This document shows positions 47,473-56,436 of a stretch of DNA of 64,000 nucleotides, piece after piece. A model generated the notes under the pieces. It ran no database searches, was not told the origin of the DNA, and was given only the letters and a program-made list of their open reading frames with translations. Numbering within the stretch: the stretch's first letter is position 1; every line of letters begins with the position of its first letter. Origin of the DNA: Candidatus Campbellbacteria bacterium RIFOXYC2_FULL_35_25 (lineage in GTDB: Bacteria; Patescibacteriota; Minisyncoccia; Phycocordibacterales; UBA12079); assembly GCA_001774495.1 (NCBI GenBank), contig MFAE01000006.1, forward strand, positions 5,356-69,355, written 5' to 3'. Position numbers and translations under genes: made by a program.

Positions 47473-48675
47473 TTATTCTCTTTTTAGCGCTCCACTAGTA
47501 TATTTATTAGAAGCTGACCACAACATCCAACTAGTTAAACCGGCATCATAAGTCGCTTGGATCTGAGCCTTAACTTCTGGAACATCATAATTTCCTCCGT
47601 AATCAAAATCTTGTAACCACGGCCTTAGTTTTGAAGGGGTTGTGCTAGCATTTACCAATTTTTTCACACCCTCATCCATAACAAACTTTATTAATTCGTA
47701 AGGATGTTTGTTAGGGTCACTCCATCCGTTAAAATTAGGAGGGTAATGAGACGGGTAAACCATTGGCGCGACATAATCAAAATAACGAGCGGCATCTTCT
47801 AATATCTGACCAATATTTAAGTCGTCTGAATTTGTTGTTGTCATACCGAAGAGATCTGCCGATAAGATAACATCGGTATCTCTAAAATTTCTCCTCAGAT
47901 AAACAAAAAATTCTTTGAGAACATTTGATTTTCCTAAGTACGAATCAGCATTAATTTTTTCCTCACTAAAAGGATAATAAATATCTTTCATATTTCCATC
48001 AGAGGGGAACCTTATATAATCAAAATTGAGTTCATCAAAACCATACTCGTAAGACTGTTTTCCAATAGCAATAATATAATCCCAAACTTCTTTGGAACCA
48101 GCATCCAACCAACTAATACCCTTGCGGTCTCTCCAAATTCCACCATCGCTAGCCCTTTTTACAGCTAAATCAGGCCTAATCTTGGTCATGTGCAAGTCCT
48201 GAAAAACAGGAATTCTTCCAATAACATAAATATGTTTATCATGTAGATCTTTTATTAAACCTTTTATATCTTGAATTTTACACTCTCCTTCGCTTAAATT
48301 AGCGACGGAATCCTTTAAAAAAGGGTCATCAACATCAAAGGCAATTTTTCCAGTTTCATCTTTTATATTTAGAACAATCGCGTTTAATTCTGTGGTGTCA
48401 ATTAAATTTATTAAATTATCTCTTAGGCTCGGGGTACTCGCCACACAAGCTGTCATATAAATTGCTTTTAAAGACTTTGGGATTTCAACATGAGTAGCAA
48501 CAAAAACCTCTTCTACGGGGAGCTCTACTCCAACTTCTTCTGGAGCTGCATTGTATTTTACAGAAAAGAATTCAGGGAAACTTGAGTAAGAGAAAAATGA
48601 GAGGGCAACAAAAAAAACCCCTGCGAAGAGAGGCTTAGTAGAAAATCGATTCTTTTGTTCTTTTTCTTTTACCAT
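47473..48675 (-). CDS. glycoside-hydrolase-like TIM-barrel protein (GH114/GHL10/DUF4015-like), secreted or membrane-anchored
   Basis: N-terminal hydrophobic anchor, (beta/alpha)8-like core with NAIVLNIKDETGKIAFD and FDELNFDYIRFPSDGN. Family call is tentative. Confidence 0.45.
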   Translation of the reverse strand: MVKEKEQKNRFSTKPLFAGVFFVALSFFSYSSFPEFFSVKYNAAPEEVGVELPVEEVFVATHVEIPKSLKAIYMTACVASTPSLRDNLINLIDTTELNAIVLNIKDETGKIAFDVDDPFLKDSVANLSEGECKIQDIKGLIKDLHDKHIYVIGRIPVFQDLHMTKIRPDLAVKRASDGGIWRDRKGISWLDAGSKEVWDYIIAIGKQSYEYGFDELNFDYIRFPSDGNMKDIYYPFSEEKINADSYLGKSNVLKEFFVYLRRNFRDTDVILSADLFGMTTTNSDDLNIGQILEDAARYFDYVAPMVYPSHYPPNFNGWSDPNKHPYELIKFVMDEGVKKLVNASTTPSKLRPWLQDFDYGGNYDVPEVKAQIQATYDAGLTSWMLWSASNKYTSGALKRE

Positions 48676-48689
48676 TTTTATTCTTTGTT

Positions 48690-48760
48690 TTCAAAATCCT
48701 CAACAGTTTCTTGGTTTCTTTGTTCTTTCGTTTCTATGTTTCTATGTTCTTTTGTTTCTT
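48690..48760 (-). repeat. seven tandem 8-mers (AAC-N-A-W-R-A: aacaaaag aacataga aacataga aacgaaag aacaaaga aaccaaga) about 20 nt upstream of the GH-like gene start
   Basis: Read directly on the minus strand upstream of ATG 48675. Confidence 0.5.
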
Positions 48761-48770
48761 TGTCTCCCAG

Positions 48771-48977
48771 TTATTCATTTTGTTTAAAACTAGAGCTCTC
48801 GCTATTCCCTTTAGTTTTTTTTATATCCTTAAATATTTTTTTCAAATATAAAGCCCTAACAACAATCAGAAAACCAAGAAAAACCAAGATGCCTGTCTCC
48901 CACATACTAGGTAACCCTAAATAAGGGGTCAGCATAACCAGAAAACCGGTTGTTAAAACTATATTCATGATACTCAC
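48771..48977 (-). CDS. small 2-TM membrane protein (hypothetical)
   Basis: 68 aa, two hydrophobic helices, charged C-terminus. Confidence 0.4.
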   Translation of the reverse strand: MSIMNIVLTTGFLVMLTPYLGLPSMWETGILVFLGFLIVVRALYLKKIFKDIKKTKGNSESSSFKQNE

Positions 48978-49019
48978 TATTATAGTAAAAAATTACTAAA
49001 AACAAAAGCCCTGAAAACT

Positions 49020-50450
49020 TTACTTTCTCATAAACAAAGCTTCTGGTATTTTATTTTCTCTTATCGCCTCCTGAATTTTTTCTGCGGTTTGAGGCATAAA
49101 AGGAATCAGTAAAGCTGATATCTCCCATAAACCTTTCAGTAAATACTCGACATCTTTTTTTGCCTTTTCTTCGTCTATTTTAATTGTTTTAAAAGGCTGA
49201 GTATCTTGAACAAATGAATCTAACGCACCAATTTTCTTCCAAATAAAATCCGTTGCGTTGTCTAACCTATACCCATCGATGCTATCCCTGTATTCTTTAT
49301 TGTTCTCGTTATTTAAGACGGTGTCATTATCTAGCAAACTGGTAGTCACGCCATAAGAAACACTCATTTTTAGAACACGGCTAACTAAATTACCTAAACC
49401 ATTGGCTAAATTTGCGTTGTAACTTTCTAAAAATCTTTCTTGCGTATAATCCCCATCTTCAACTGATGAAACTTCTCTCGTAAGATAATATCGAAGGGCG
49501 TCTGTTCCATATTCATTAACGATATCAAGAGGGTTAGATACATTGCCGATACTTTTACTCATTTTTTGTCCATTAGAAGTAATATGACCATGAATAACTA
49601 TTTGTTTCGAAGGAGGTAAATTTGCAGACATTAACATTGCCTGCCACATCGCGGACTGGGCTCTTAGATTATCTTTTCCAGCAAATTGCAATGCCGGCCA
49701 CCAACTTCTAAAAGTATCCATATCATTAGGCCAACCAACAACTGAGACATAATTTGTCAAAGCATCAAACCAAACATACATTACATGGTTCTCATCTCCT
49801 GGGACAGGAACGCCCCACGGCATTTTTTCTTTTAATCTAGAAATGGAGAAGTCATTCAGGCCCCTCTCAACAAAAGCTTTTATCTCATTAAATCTTGATT
49901 CCGGGACAACAAAACTTGAGTTTGATTTATACAATTCCAAAAGTTTATCTTTATAATTAGACCATCGAAAAAAATAATTTTCTTCCTCTATCACTTCTAT
50001 CTCCTGTCCAAGGTGGTCAGGACATTCACCTTTTATTAATTCTGAATCGGTTTTTTCCAACTCACAACCAACACAATATTTTGACTTATAATTCTTTTTA
50101 TAAATATCACCATTCGCCTCACAAACTTTCCAAAACTCTTGTGCAGCTTTCATGTGGTCCTCGTCTGTAGTTCTAACAAAATTAGTATAACTTATATTCA
50201 ATTCTTTTATTTGTTCTTTAAATGACTCTACATGACCGTTGGTATATTCTTTGGTATCTTTCCCTTCCTCTAAAGATTTTTTATATACCTTCATCCCATG
50301 TTCATCTGAACCGGTGTTAAAAAATACCTCGTGACCTTGAAGCCTTTTATACCGAGCGAGGGAATCAGCCCTAACATATTCAAGGGCATGCCCAATGTGA
50401 AGAGGAGCATTGGTATATGGCAAGGTTGTCGTGATATAAAACTTTTTCAT
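49020..50450 (-). CDS. metG: methionyl-tRNA synthetase (short form)
   Basis: HIGH motif PLHIGHALEY, KMSKS motif QKMSKSIGN, CxxC zinc knuckle (CVGC...). 476 aa. Confidence 0.85.
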   Translation of the reverse strand: MKKFYITTTLPYTNAPLHIGHALEYVRADSLARYKRLQGHEVFFNTGSDEHGMKVYKKSLEEGKDTKEYTNGHVESFKEQIKELNISYTNFVRTTDEDHMKAAQEFWKVCEANGDIYKKNYKSKYCVGCELEKTDSELIKGECPDHLGQEIEVIEEENYFFRWSNYKDKLLELYKSNSSFVVPESRFNEIKAFVERGLNDFSISRLKEKMPWGVPVPGDENHVMYVWFDALTNYVSVVGWPNDMDTFRSWWPALQFAGKDNLRAQSAMWQAMLMSANLPPSKQIVIHGHITSNGQKMSKSIGNVSNPLDIVNEYGTDALRYYLTREVSSVEDGDYTQERFLESYNANLANGLGNLVSRVLKMSVSYGVTTSLLDNDTVLNNENNKEYRDSIDGYRLDNATDFIWKKIGALDSFVQDTQPFKTIKIDEEKAKKDVEYLLKGLWEISALLIPFMPQTAEKIQEAIRENKIPEALFMRK

Positions 50451-51505
50451 TAGACTTTTTCTTCTAGAAATTTTTTCTTATCTTTTTCGACGTCACTAAT
50501 AAATTCCATAAGAGCCGCCGCTAAAGGAACTGACAAAATTATTCCTAAAAATCCAGCCAGCTTAGCTCCAATAATAAGAGCTAAAATGACCAAAAGAGGA
50601 GGGACGCCAACAACCTTCTTTACAACAAGTGGATAAATCAAATGATTTTCAAACTGTTGAATAATTATGTAAAAACCAGCAATAATCAAACCTTGAGTAG
50701 TTCCTCCGTCTGTGACTGCAATTAAAATAGCTGGGATAGCCGCAATAATAGGACCAAATAAAGGGATTAATTCCAAAACCGCAGCCAATACCGCTAACAA
50801 AAAAGCATATTTAACCCCAAAAATAGTTAGCCCCAAAAAAACAAGGACCCCGATAATAACCGCGAGAAGGAGTTGCCCCTGCATCCAAAGACCTATCTTA
50901 TTTTGAGACCTTTTCCAGAGATCAGCTATATATTTTTCGTGTTTTACTGGTGTGATTATTTCTAAAAACATAGCAATACCATCTTTCTGAACAGCCAAAT
51001 AAAAAGAGAGGACGATGATTAATATAAAGTTAAACACACCTCCAAAAATCCTACTTACTACTTGGAATAAACCACCAGTAGCATTACTTATATTATTTCT
51101 GAGTTCCAAAATAATATCACTAACAGAAAATCCCTTTGACAGTTCATTGACGCCAGATACCCCGTCAACAGGATTCCATAAATTTAAAGAGTTAAGGTAT
51201 TGAGGAAATGTCGAAGAAAGGTTTGAAGCTTCGTCTAAAAGTGGTGGCAAGAGAAGTAAAAGAGAACCAACAACTACAATAATAAGAGCGGCATATATAA
51301 AGATAACAGAAATTAACCTCGGTATTTTACGGTTAGTAAACCACTTGGTTAATGGCTCAATCGCAGAAGCAATAACAACCGCTGTCAGAATAACGAGAAT
51401 CAAATCTCGCAAAATATACAAAGAAACAAAAAGTAACAAAAAAAGTATTATCTTTATAATTGTCCCTGATGTTATGTTTATAGATATATTTTTATCATTT
51501 AACAT
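50450..51505 (-). CDS. AI-2E family transporter (PerM/YhhT-like)
   Basis: 8 TM helices, LELIPLFGPIIAAIPAILIAV signature region. Confidence 0.75.
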   Translation of the reverse strand: MLNDKNISINITSGTIIKIILFLLLFVSLYILRDLILVILTAVVIASAIEPLTKWFTNRKIPRLISVIFIYAALIIVVVGSLLLLLPPLLDEASNLSSTFPQYLNSLNLWNPVDGVSGVNELSKGFSVSDIILELRNNISNATGGLFQVVSRIFGGVFNFILIIVLSFYLAVQKDGIAMFLEIITPVKHEKYIADLWKRSQNKIGLWMQGQLLLAVIIGVLVFLGLTIFGVKYAFLLAVLAAVLELIPLFGPIIAAIPAILIAVTDGGTTQGLIIAGFYIIIQQFENHLIYPLVVKKVVGVPPLLVILALIIGAKLAGFLGIILSVPLAAALMEFISDVEKDKKKFLEEKV

Positions 51506-51541
51506 AATAACAGTATAAATGAGCGAGTATTAAGTAGCAAG
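51506..51541 (-). promoter_or_regulatory. paralogous promoter, empty site: CTTGCTA-17 nt-TATACT-6 nt-ATG, no MITE insertion
   Basis: Minus strand reads ccTTGCTActtaatactcgctcatt-TATACT-gttatt-ATG. The same promoter, with a MITE inserted at TTTA|TACT, occurs before the 6695..7660 and recO genes. Confidence 0.5.
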
Positions 51542-51549
51542 GCACAAAA

Positions 51550-52950
51550 TTAATTTAATTTTTCCTTCAGATAATCTACTAAATTATCAATGTTTATTCT
51601 CTCTTGTTGCATTGTATCTCTGTCACGAACAGTTACTGCCTTATCCTCAAGAGAGTCAAAGTCAAAGGTGACACAATAAGGTGTCCCTATTTCGTCCTGG
51701 CGACGGTACCTCTTCCCTATTGATTGAGTGTCGTCATACTGAGAAACAAAATGTTCATTTAACTTTCCAAAAAGTTCTAATGTTGGTTTTGAAAGTTCTT
51801 CTTTTTTAGAAAGAGGTAACACGGCAACTTTTACTGGAGCAATTTTTTTAGGAAATCTAAGAACAACCCTTTCATCATCCTCACCAATTTTCTCTTCTTC
51901 ATAAGCCGCTACCAAAGCTAAAAGCAAACTCCTTTCTACCCCAAAAGTTGGCTCTAAAATATGAGGTGTAAATCTCTCATTTTTATCTTGATCAAAATAC
52001 TCCAACTTTTCGTTTGAAAATTCACTGTGTTTAGTTAAATCGAAATCTCCCCTGTGAGCTAAGCCATATAATTCCTTAAAACCAAAAGGAAATTTATACT
52101 CAATATCGACTGTCTTTTTTGAGTAATGGGAAAGCTTTTCTTTCGGATGTTCCAGTCTTCTTAAATCTTCTTTTTTTGCTCCTAATTCCATTGCAAATTC
52201 TTCTTGTTTTACAATCCAATCATCAAACAGGATTCCCCAATCAGCCTCTGGATGAATTAAATATTCAATTTCCATCTGTTCAAATTCTCTTAATCTAAAT
52301 ATAAAATTACCGGCAACAATTTCGTTTCGAAAAGCTTTGCCAATTTGAGCAATCCCAAAAGGAATTTTTATTCTTGTAGAGTCGACAATATTCTTAAACT
52401 CAACAAAAATAGCCCCAGCTGTTTCTGGTCTTAAATAAATATCGCCTTCTATCCCATTCATCTGAGTCTTAAACATCATATTGAAGTCCTTTACTTCAGT
52501 CCAATTACTTTTTTTACAATTAGGACATTTAATTTTTTCATCCTGAATAACCTTTGTCATTTCTTCGTTTTTCCCTTCTAAGTCCTTTCCTGTGGCATCT
52601 TCAACTAAATGGTCTGCCCTAAATCTTTTTTTACATTCTTTGCAATCCACCATAGCATCCCCAAAACCTTCCGTATGACCAGAGGCTTCCCACAACTTAG
52701 GGTGAAGTAATATAGGACCATCCACTCCGACAACATCAGGTCTGGTCGAAACAAATTTTTTCCACCAAAGTTGTTTAATATTATTTTTCAACTCCACGCC
52801 CAAAGGACCGTAAGAGTATGTCCCCGACAAGCCGCCGTAAATTTCAGACCCAGGGTAAACAAACCCCCTTCTTTTAGCCAAAGAAACTATTTTTTCCATC
52901 TTATCTAAAACGGGCTCCTCTTTTTTAGGTTTTTCTTCGTTAGTTTTCAT
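51550..52950 (-). CDS. glyQS: glycyl-tRNA synthetase (alpha2 dimeric type)
   Basis: Class II motifs, N-terminal YPGSEIYGGLSGTYSYGPLG, anticodon-binding C-domain. 466 aa. Confidence 0.85.
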   Translation of the reverse strand: MKTNEEKPKKEEPVLDKMEKIVSLAKRRGFVYPGSEIYGGLSGTYSYGPLGVELKNNIKQLWWKKFVSTRPDVVGVDGPILLHPKLWEASGHTEGFGDAMVDCKECKKRFRADHLVEDATGKDLEGKNEEMTKVIQDEKIKCPNCKKSNWTEVKDFNMMFKTQMNGIEGDIYLRPETAGAIFVEFKNIVDSTRIKIPFGIAQIGKAFRNEIVAGNFIFRLREFEQMEIEYLIHPEADWGILFDDWIVKQEEFAMELGAKKEDLRRLEHPKEKLSHYSKKTVDIEYKFPFGFKELYGLAHRGDFDLTKHSEFSNEKLEYFDQDKNERFTPHILEPTFGVERSLLLALVAAYEEEKIGEDDERVVLRFPKKIAPVKVAVLPLSKKEELSKPTLELFGKLNEHFVSQYDDTQSIGKRYRRQDEIGTPYCVTFDFDSLEDKAVTVRDRDTMQQERINIDNLVDYLKEKLN

Positions 52951-52977
52951 TTTTAAAAAATTTATAAAGTAGATAAA

Positions 52978-54918
52978 TTACCTAACAAATTCATGCCCAT
53001 AACCTGCTCCGGGGTCTGTACTTAATCGAGTAGAAGCACCGGCTTTTGTATTACTCAAAGAATCACCAGTAAATTTGTCAGTACCAGTAATAGTAACATC
53101 CCCAGTTAGGAGGGGTACTAGAGTAAGGTGCGTCAAACTTGGCAAAAAAGCAATCTGGAAAGATATTTCTTTCCTATTATTAACAATACCAACGCCTGGT
53201 TTTATGTCTCCAACATCCCAAATAACTTCACCGCCAACAGGATTGTATGTTATTTTTTCTGAATTAGGAGAAACAACTCCCATCCAACGAACATAAGTGG
53301 GAAGTGAAGAAACAACTCTAACACCACCAGCCTCATTCGTTGTATTGGTGACAGCCCAAGTCACTGTATAGGTTGTTTCTGTCTCAACTTCCGGAGGAAT
53401 TGGACCACTGTTAACAAAGGGGCCAGAATAATATGTGGCATTGGGGGTTACCCTTAGGTCAGTAGAAAATCTAAGGATCTTAGAAACGGAAGAATTTATC
53501 TCTTCCTGCGTCCCCACTTCCGAAATACGGTTTCCTTTTGCGCTAATGGTTAAACGAGCTTCTGGATTCACTAAGTTACCTCTCTCGGAAACATCTAGGG
53601 GTTTAAAAGAAAAACTAAAACGACCGTTCGCTCCGGGGAGGATTTCTGACAATTCACCGTTGGTACTTTTGTTCCAAATAATAGTATTATCGACGGAACG
53701 ATAATATCCCTTGCCGGGAGAAACAGTATTTTTGTCTAAAATCCCCCCTTCCAATTTTATGTTAATTTCACCACCAATAATACTAGTGGAGGAATTATTA
53801 GCCCAGATTACGTCTACTCTTACCGTACCGTTACCGCTCAATGAATATTCTTGGGAGAGAGCCCCATTTACAGCAATATCAACACCAATAAATGGTTTTT
53901 CTATAGAAATAGTTTTAATCAAAGAAGCAAACAAAGCACCGATTTCTTTCTCATCTTTTCGGTCTTGGTTCCCTGCACTAAACCGAAAAACCCTTTCTTC
54001 TTCATTCTGCCCCGAAACAATACCTTTTATTTTAACAACACTCTTATCAGCAGAACCCCCTTCCATTTTCCATATATTATCCCCGTAAGTCGGTTTTGGC
54101 TCCGAAGAGATAAACTTGAAACCAAAAGGATATTCTACCACTAATAAAAGACTTTCTACTGATCTCTCAGAATCGGAAACCACACTAACAGAAAAATCCA
54201 TTTCCTGCCCAGAAATAACCCTCTCCATGGGACTAATGATTAAGTCAATTGGTGAAGAACTTATGTTTATACTATACTTCCTTTCTTTAAAGAAAATAGC
54301 GTTGGAATCTGCAATACGATATTCTAGACTTATAAGGATGTCTTTGTCGCTATTTCTCTCCCCATACAAAACAGACCTAACTTCCTTTCTGATACTTCTC
54401 CCAGAAGGAACCACCCCTAAGGAAACCCTCTCACTTCTCAAGGCTTTCCCAGGCTCGCTAGCGGAATAGGTTCCTTCTGGGTATTTAATCACCAAATCTG
54501 CGACTTCTAAATTTATTGGGTTGTTGTTGGTAACCGTAATTTTCAGAGAAAATTCACCCCCACTTTCCATAGAAGATGGACCAATAACAGATATATCAAC
54601 ATTCTCCGTAGAAACCTTATTATTTCCCAGCCAAACCATCAAAAAAACAAACCCGACAGACAGCATCAAAAAAATAACAGCTATGAATAATATCTTTTCT
54701 GAAAAATTTTTAGTTTTAGGTTTTCTTCTTTCAAAAAAACCGTCTTCCTCTTCCTCTTGTCGAGAATCATTCCAGCCAGATTTTATGTCATATTTTCTGC
54801 GAGAAAAAGATGCTCTGTCTTTAGAAAAACGGGTATTCCGGGAATAGAGCCCCGCTTTAACCCCCTCAATCCTATCACTTTTTTTACTATCATCAGTCAT
54901 ACAGTAAAAGTATAACAA
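52978..54918 (-). CDS. hypothetical membrane-anchored protein with large beta-rich extracytoplasmic domain
   Basis: 646 aa, single N-proximal TM (ILFIAVIFLMLSVGFVFLMVWLG). No recognised domain. Confidence 0.4.
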   Translation of the reverse strand: MLYFYCMTDDSKKSDRIEGVKAGLYSRNTRFSKDRASFSRRKYDIKSGWNDSRQEEEEDGFFERRKPKTKNFSEKILFIAVIFLMLSVGFVFLMVWLGNNKVSTENVDISVIGPSSMESGGEFSLKITVTNNNPINLEVADLVIKYPEGTYSASEPGKALRSERVSLGVVPSGRSIRKEVRSVLYGERNSDKDILISLEYRIADSNAIFFKERKYSINISSSPIDLIISPMERVISGQEMDFSVSVVSDSERSVESLLLVVEYPFGFKFISSEPKPTYGDNIWKMEGGSADKSVVKIKGIVSGQNEEERVFRFSAGNQDRKDEKEIGALFASLIKTISIEKPFIGVDIAVNGALSQEYSLSGNGTVRVDVIWANNSSTSIIGGEINIKLEGGILDKNTVSPGKGYYRSVDNTIIWNKSTNGELSEILPGANGRFSFSFKPLDVSERGNLVNPEARLTISAKGNRISEVGTQEEINSSVSKILRFSTDLRVTPNATYYSGPFVNSGPIPPEVETETTYTVTWAVTNTTNEAGGVRVVSSLPTYVRWMGVVSPNSEKITYNPVGGEVIWDVGDIKPGVGIVNNRKEISFQIAFLPSLTHLTLVPLLTGDVTITGTDKFTGDSLSNTKAGASTRLSTDPGAGYGHEFVR

Positions 54919-54956
54919 TAAAAAAATAATTTTCCAATCAACCCTATGCCCATAAA

Positions 54957-55577
54957 CTACAAATGCATTTCTTCAAAAATCTCTCCTATCATCTTTTGGG
55001 CTTCTTTTTTTACAGTCTCCATTTTTAAAATTAATTTATTACTTAATTCCCTTGAACTCAAAAAATCAGAAAAAAGTTCTTTACTCACATTTTTGTCAAA
55101 GTATCCTAAATTATTTAATATTTTAATATTCGTTATTAACCCTAGGTTCTCTAATTCTTTTTTACTCAAATCTCGTTCTTTCAAAAAATTTACGGTATCT
55201 GAAACAATATCAAAAAGTTCCTCATTTTTTTCTTCACCGTGGATAAGCTTTCTGAGCAAAGAAAATATACTCAAAATAAAATCAAATCTTTTATTTTCCC
55301 TTATCCCTTGCCCAGAGAATATAAAAAACAAATTTTCTATTGGGGAGACATTTGTTATTCTCCAAATGTCTTTTCCTCTGACCAAAGAAATATCAGAAAT
55401 AGAAAAATCCTGTAAACCATAGCGATTTTTCGAACTTATTTTTCGAACACCCTGGGCCGTTGCGTTAATAAGACCGAGCTCTCTTGTGAAAAGATAGAAA
55501 AACTTATTCGATTCGCCAGTGTCAAAACTATTTAAAACAATACCTTGGGTGGTGTAGATGTTATGCATAATATCCAA
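54957..55577 (-). CDS. recO: DNA repair protein RecO (short)
   Basis: N-terminal OB-fold region TQGIVLNSFDTGESNKFFYLFTRELGLINATAQGVRK matches the RecO N-domain. ATG 55568 is the likely start; the ORF track uses TTG 55577. Confidence 0.6.
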   Translation of the reverse strand: MDIMHNIYTTQGIVLNSFDTGESNKFFYLFTRELGLINATAQGVRKISSKNRYGLQDFSISDISLVRGKDIWRITNVSPIENLFFIFSGQGIRENKRFDFILSIFSLLRKLIHGEEKNEELFDIVSDTVNFLKERDLSKKELENLGLITNIKILNNLGYFDKNVSKELFSDFLSSRELSNKLILKMETVKKEAQKMIGEIFEEMHL

Positions 55578-55584
55578 GTATAAA

Positions 55585-55709
55585 CCCCCACACCTTTCAT
55601 TGCAAAAACATGCATATGTTTTATTTTAGACATTTTTATAATGAAAGATATGGGCTGATAAACCCCCGCTCACTTTGTGAGCTCACACCTTTGAATAAAG
55701 GTGTGGGGG
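55585..55709. mobile_element. MITE-like element copy 2 (125 bp): TIRs CCCCCACACCTTT / AAAGGTGTGGGGG, flanking 4-bp direct repeat TAAA, inserted between the -35 spacer and -10 box of the recO promoter
   Basis: Read directly. The interior carries degenerate extra copies of the arm (aaacccccgctcac, gagctcacaccttt) and small hairpins. Confidence 0.6.
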
Positions 55710-55743
55710 TAAAGTAGCGAGTATCAAGTAACAAGATAAAATT

Positions 55744-56079
55744 TTATTTAACAAATAATGATTTTATTTTTAAAATAATACAAGACAACAAATACCAAAA
55801 AAGTATAAAAATAAATAAAGATATTATTATCATTAAAATAATAAAAATTGGTTCTGGTAAAAAATCGATTTCTTCAAAGAATTCTGATGCAACCATTACA
55901 ATGGTAAACGGCTCTATACTAGGAGATAAAATTTTTTGTATAGAATTGGACGGAATACATCCTTCCGTACATAATACTGCATTTGCAGAATAAAAAGCTG
56001 CTCCTATATTTATTACTGCGATAATAACGGCTAATATTATTTTTGCTTTAGTTGGTTTAAAAAAATTTTTCCAATTCAT
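55744..56079 (-). CDS. small membrane protein (hypothetical)
   Basis: 111 aa, 3 hydrophobic helices. Confidence 0.4.
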   Translation of the reverse strand: MNWKNFFKPTKAKIILAVIIAVINIGAAFYSANAVLCTEGCIPSNSIQKILSPSIEPFTIVMVASEFFEEIDFLPEPIFIILMIIISLFIFILFWYLLSCIILKIKSLFVK

Positions 56080-56185
56080 AATTTAATCATATCATCAAAA
56101 ATAAGTCTTGCAAAAAAAATACCCTACTGCTATTCTAATCTTAGAAAGGTAACTTTTTCAATTCTCCACAAAAAGGAGGCTCAAA

Positions 56186-56371
56186 ATGGGCAAAAAATTT
56201 TGGATACTAACGTCTTTGGGCGGATTGTTGGGATTGGGACTTCTTTGCTTGGGCTTTGAAGTAACATCGAAGATTTTACTTTACATTGGAGGTCTCATTT
56301 TTTGCGGGTCATTCTTGCTCTTGGTACTGAGCCCCATTATTATAGAGTGCAGAAAAGGTAATGGGACCTAA
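56186..56371 (+). CDS. small 2-TM membrane protein (hypothetical), with ribosome-binding site and terminator
   Basis: AAAAAGGAGG 8 nt before the ATG. The terminator ccagggaggttctcctccctgg + ttttc follows at 56380-56416. Confidence 0.5.
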   Translation: MGKKFWILTSLGGLLGLGLLCLGFEVTSKILLYIGGLIFCGSFLLLVLSPIIIECRKGNGT

Positions 56372-56436
56372 GCCATAAAAATGCCCAGGGAGGTTCTCCT
56401 CCCTGGGCATTTTCTCTTATTGTCGACGAAGATTCT

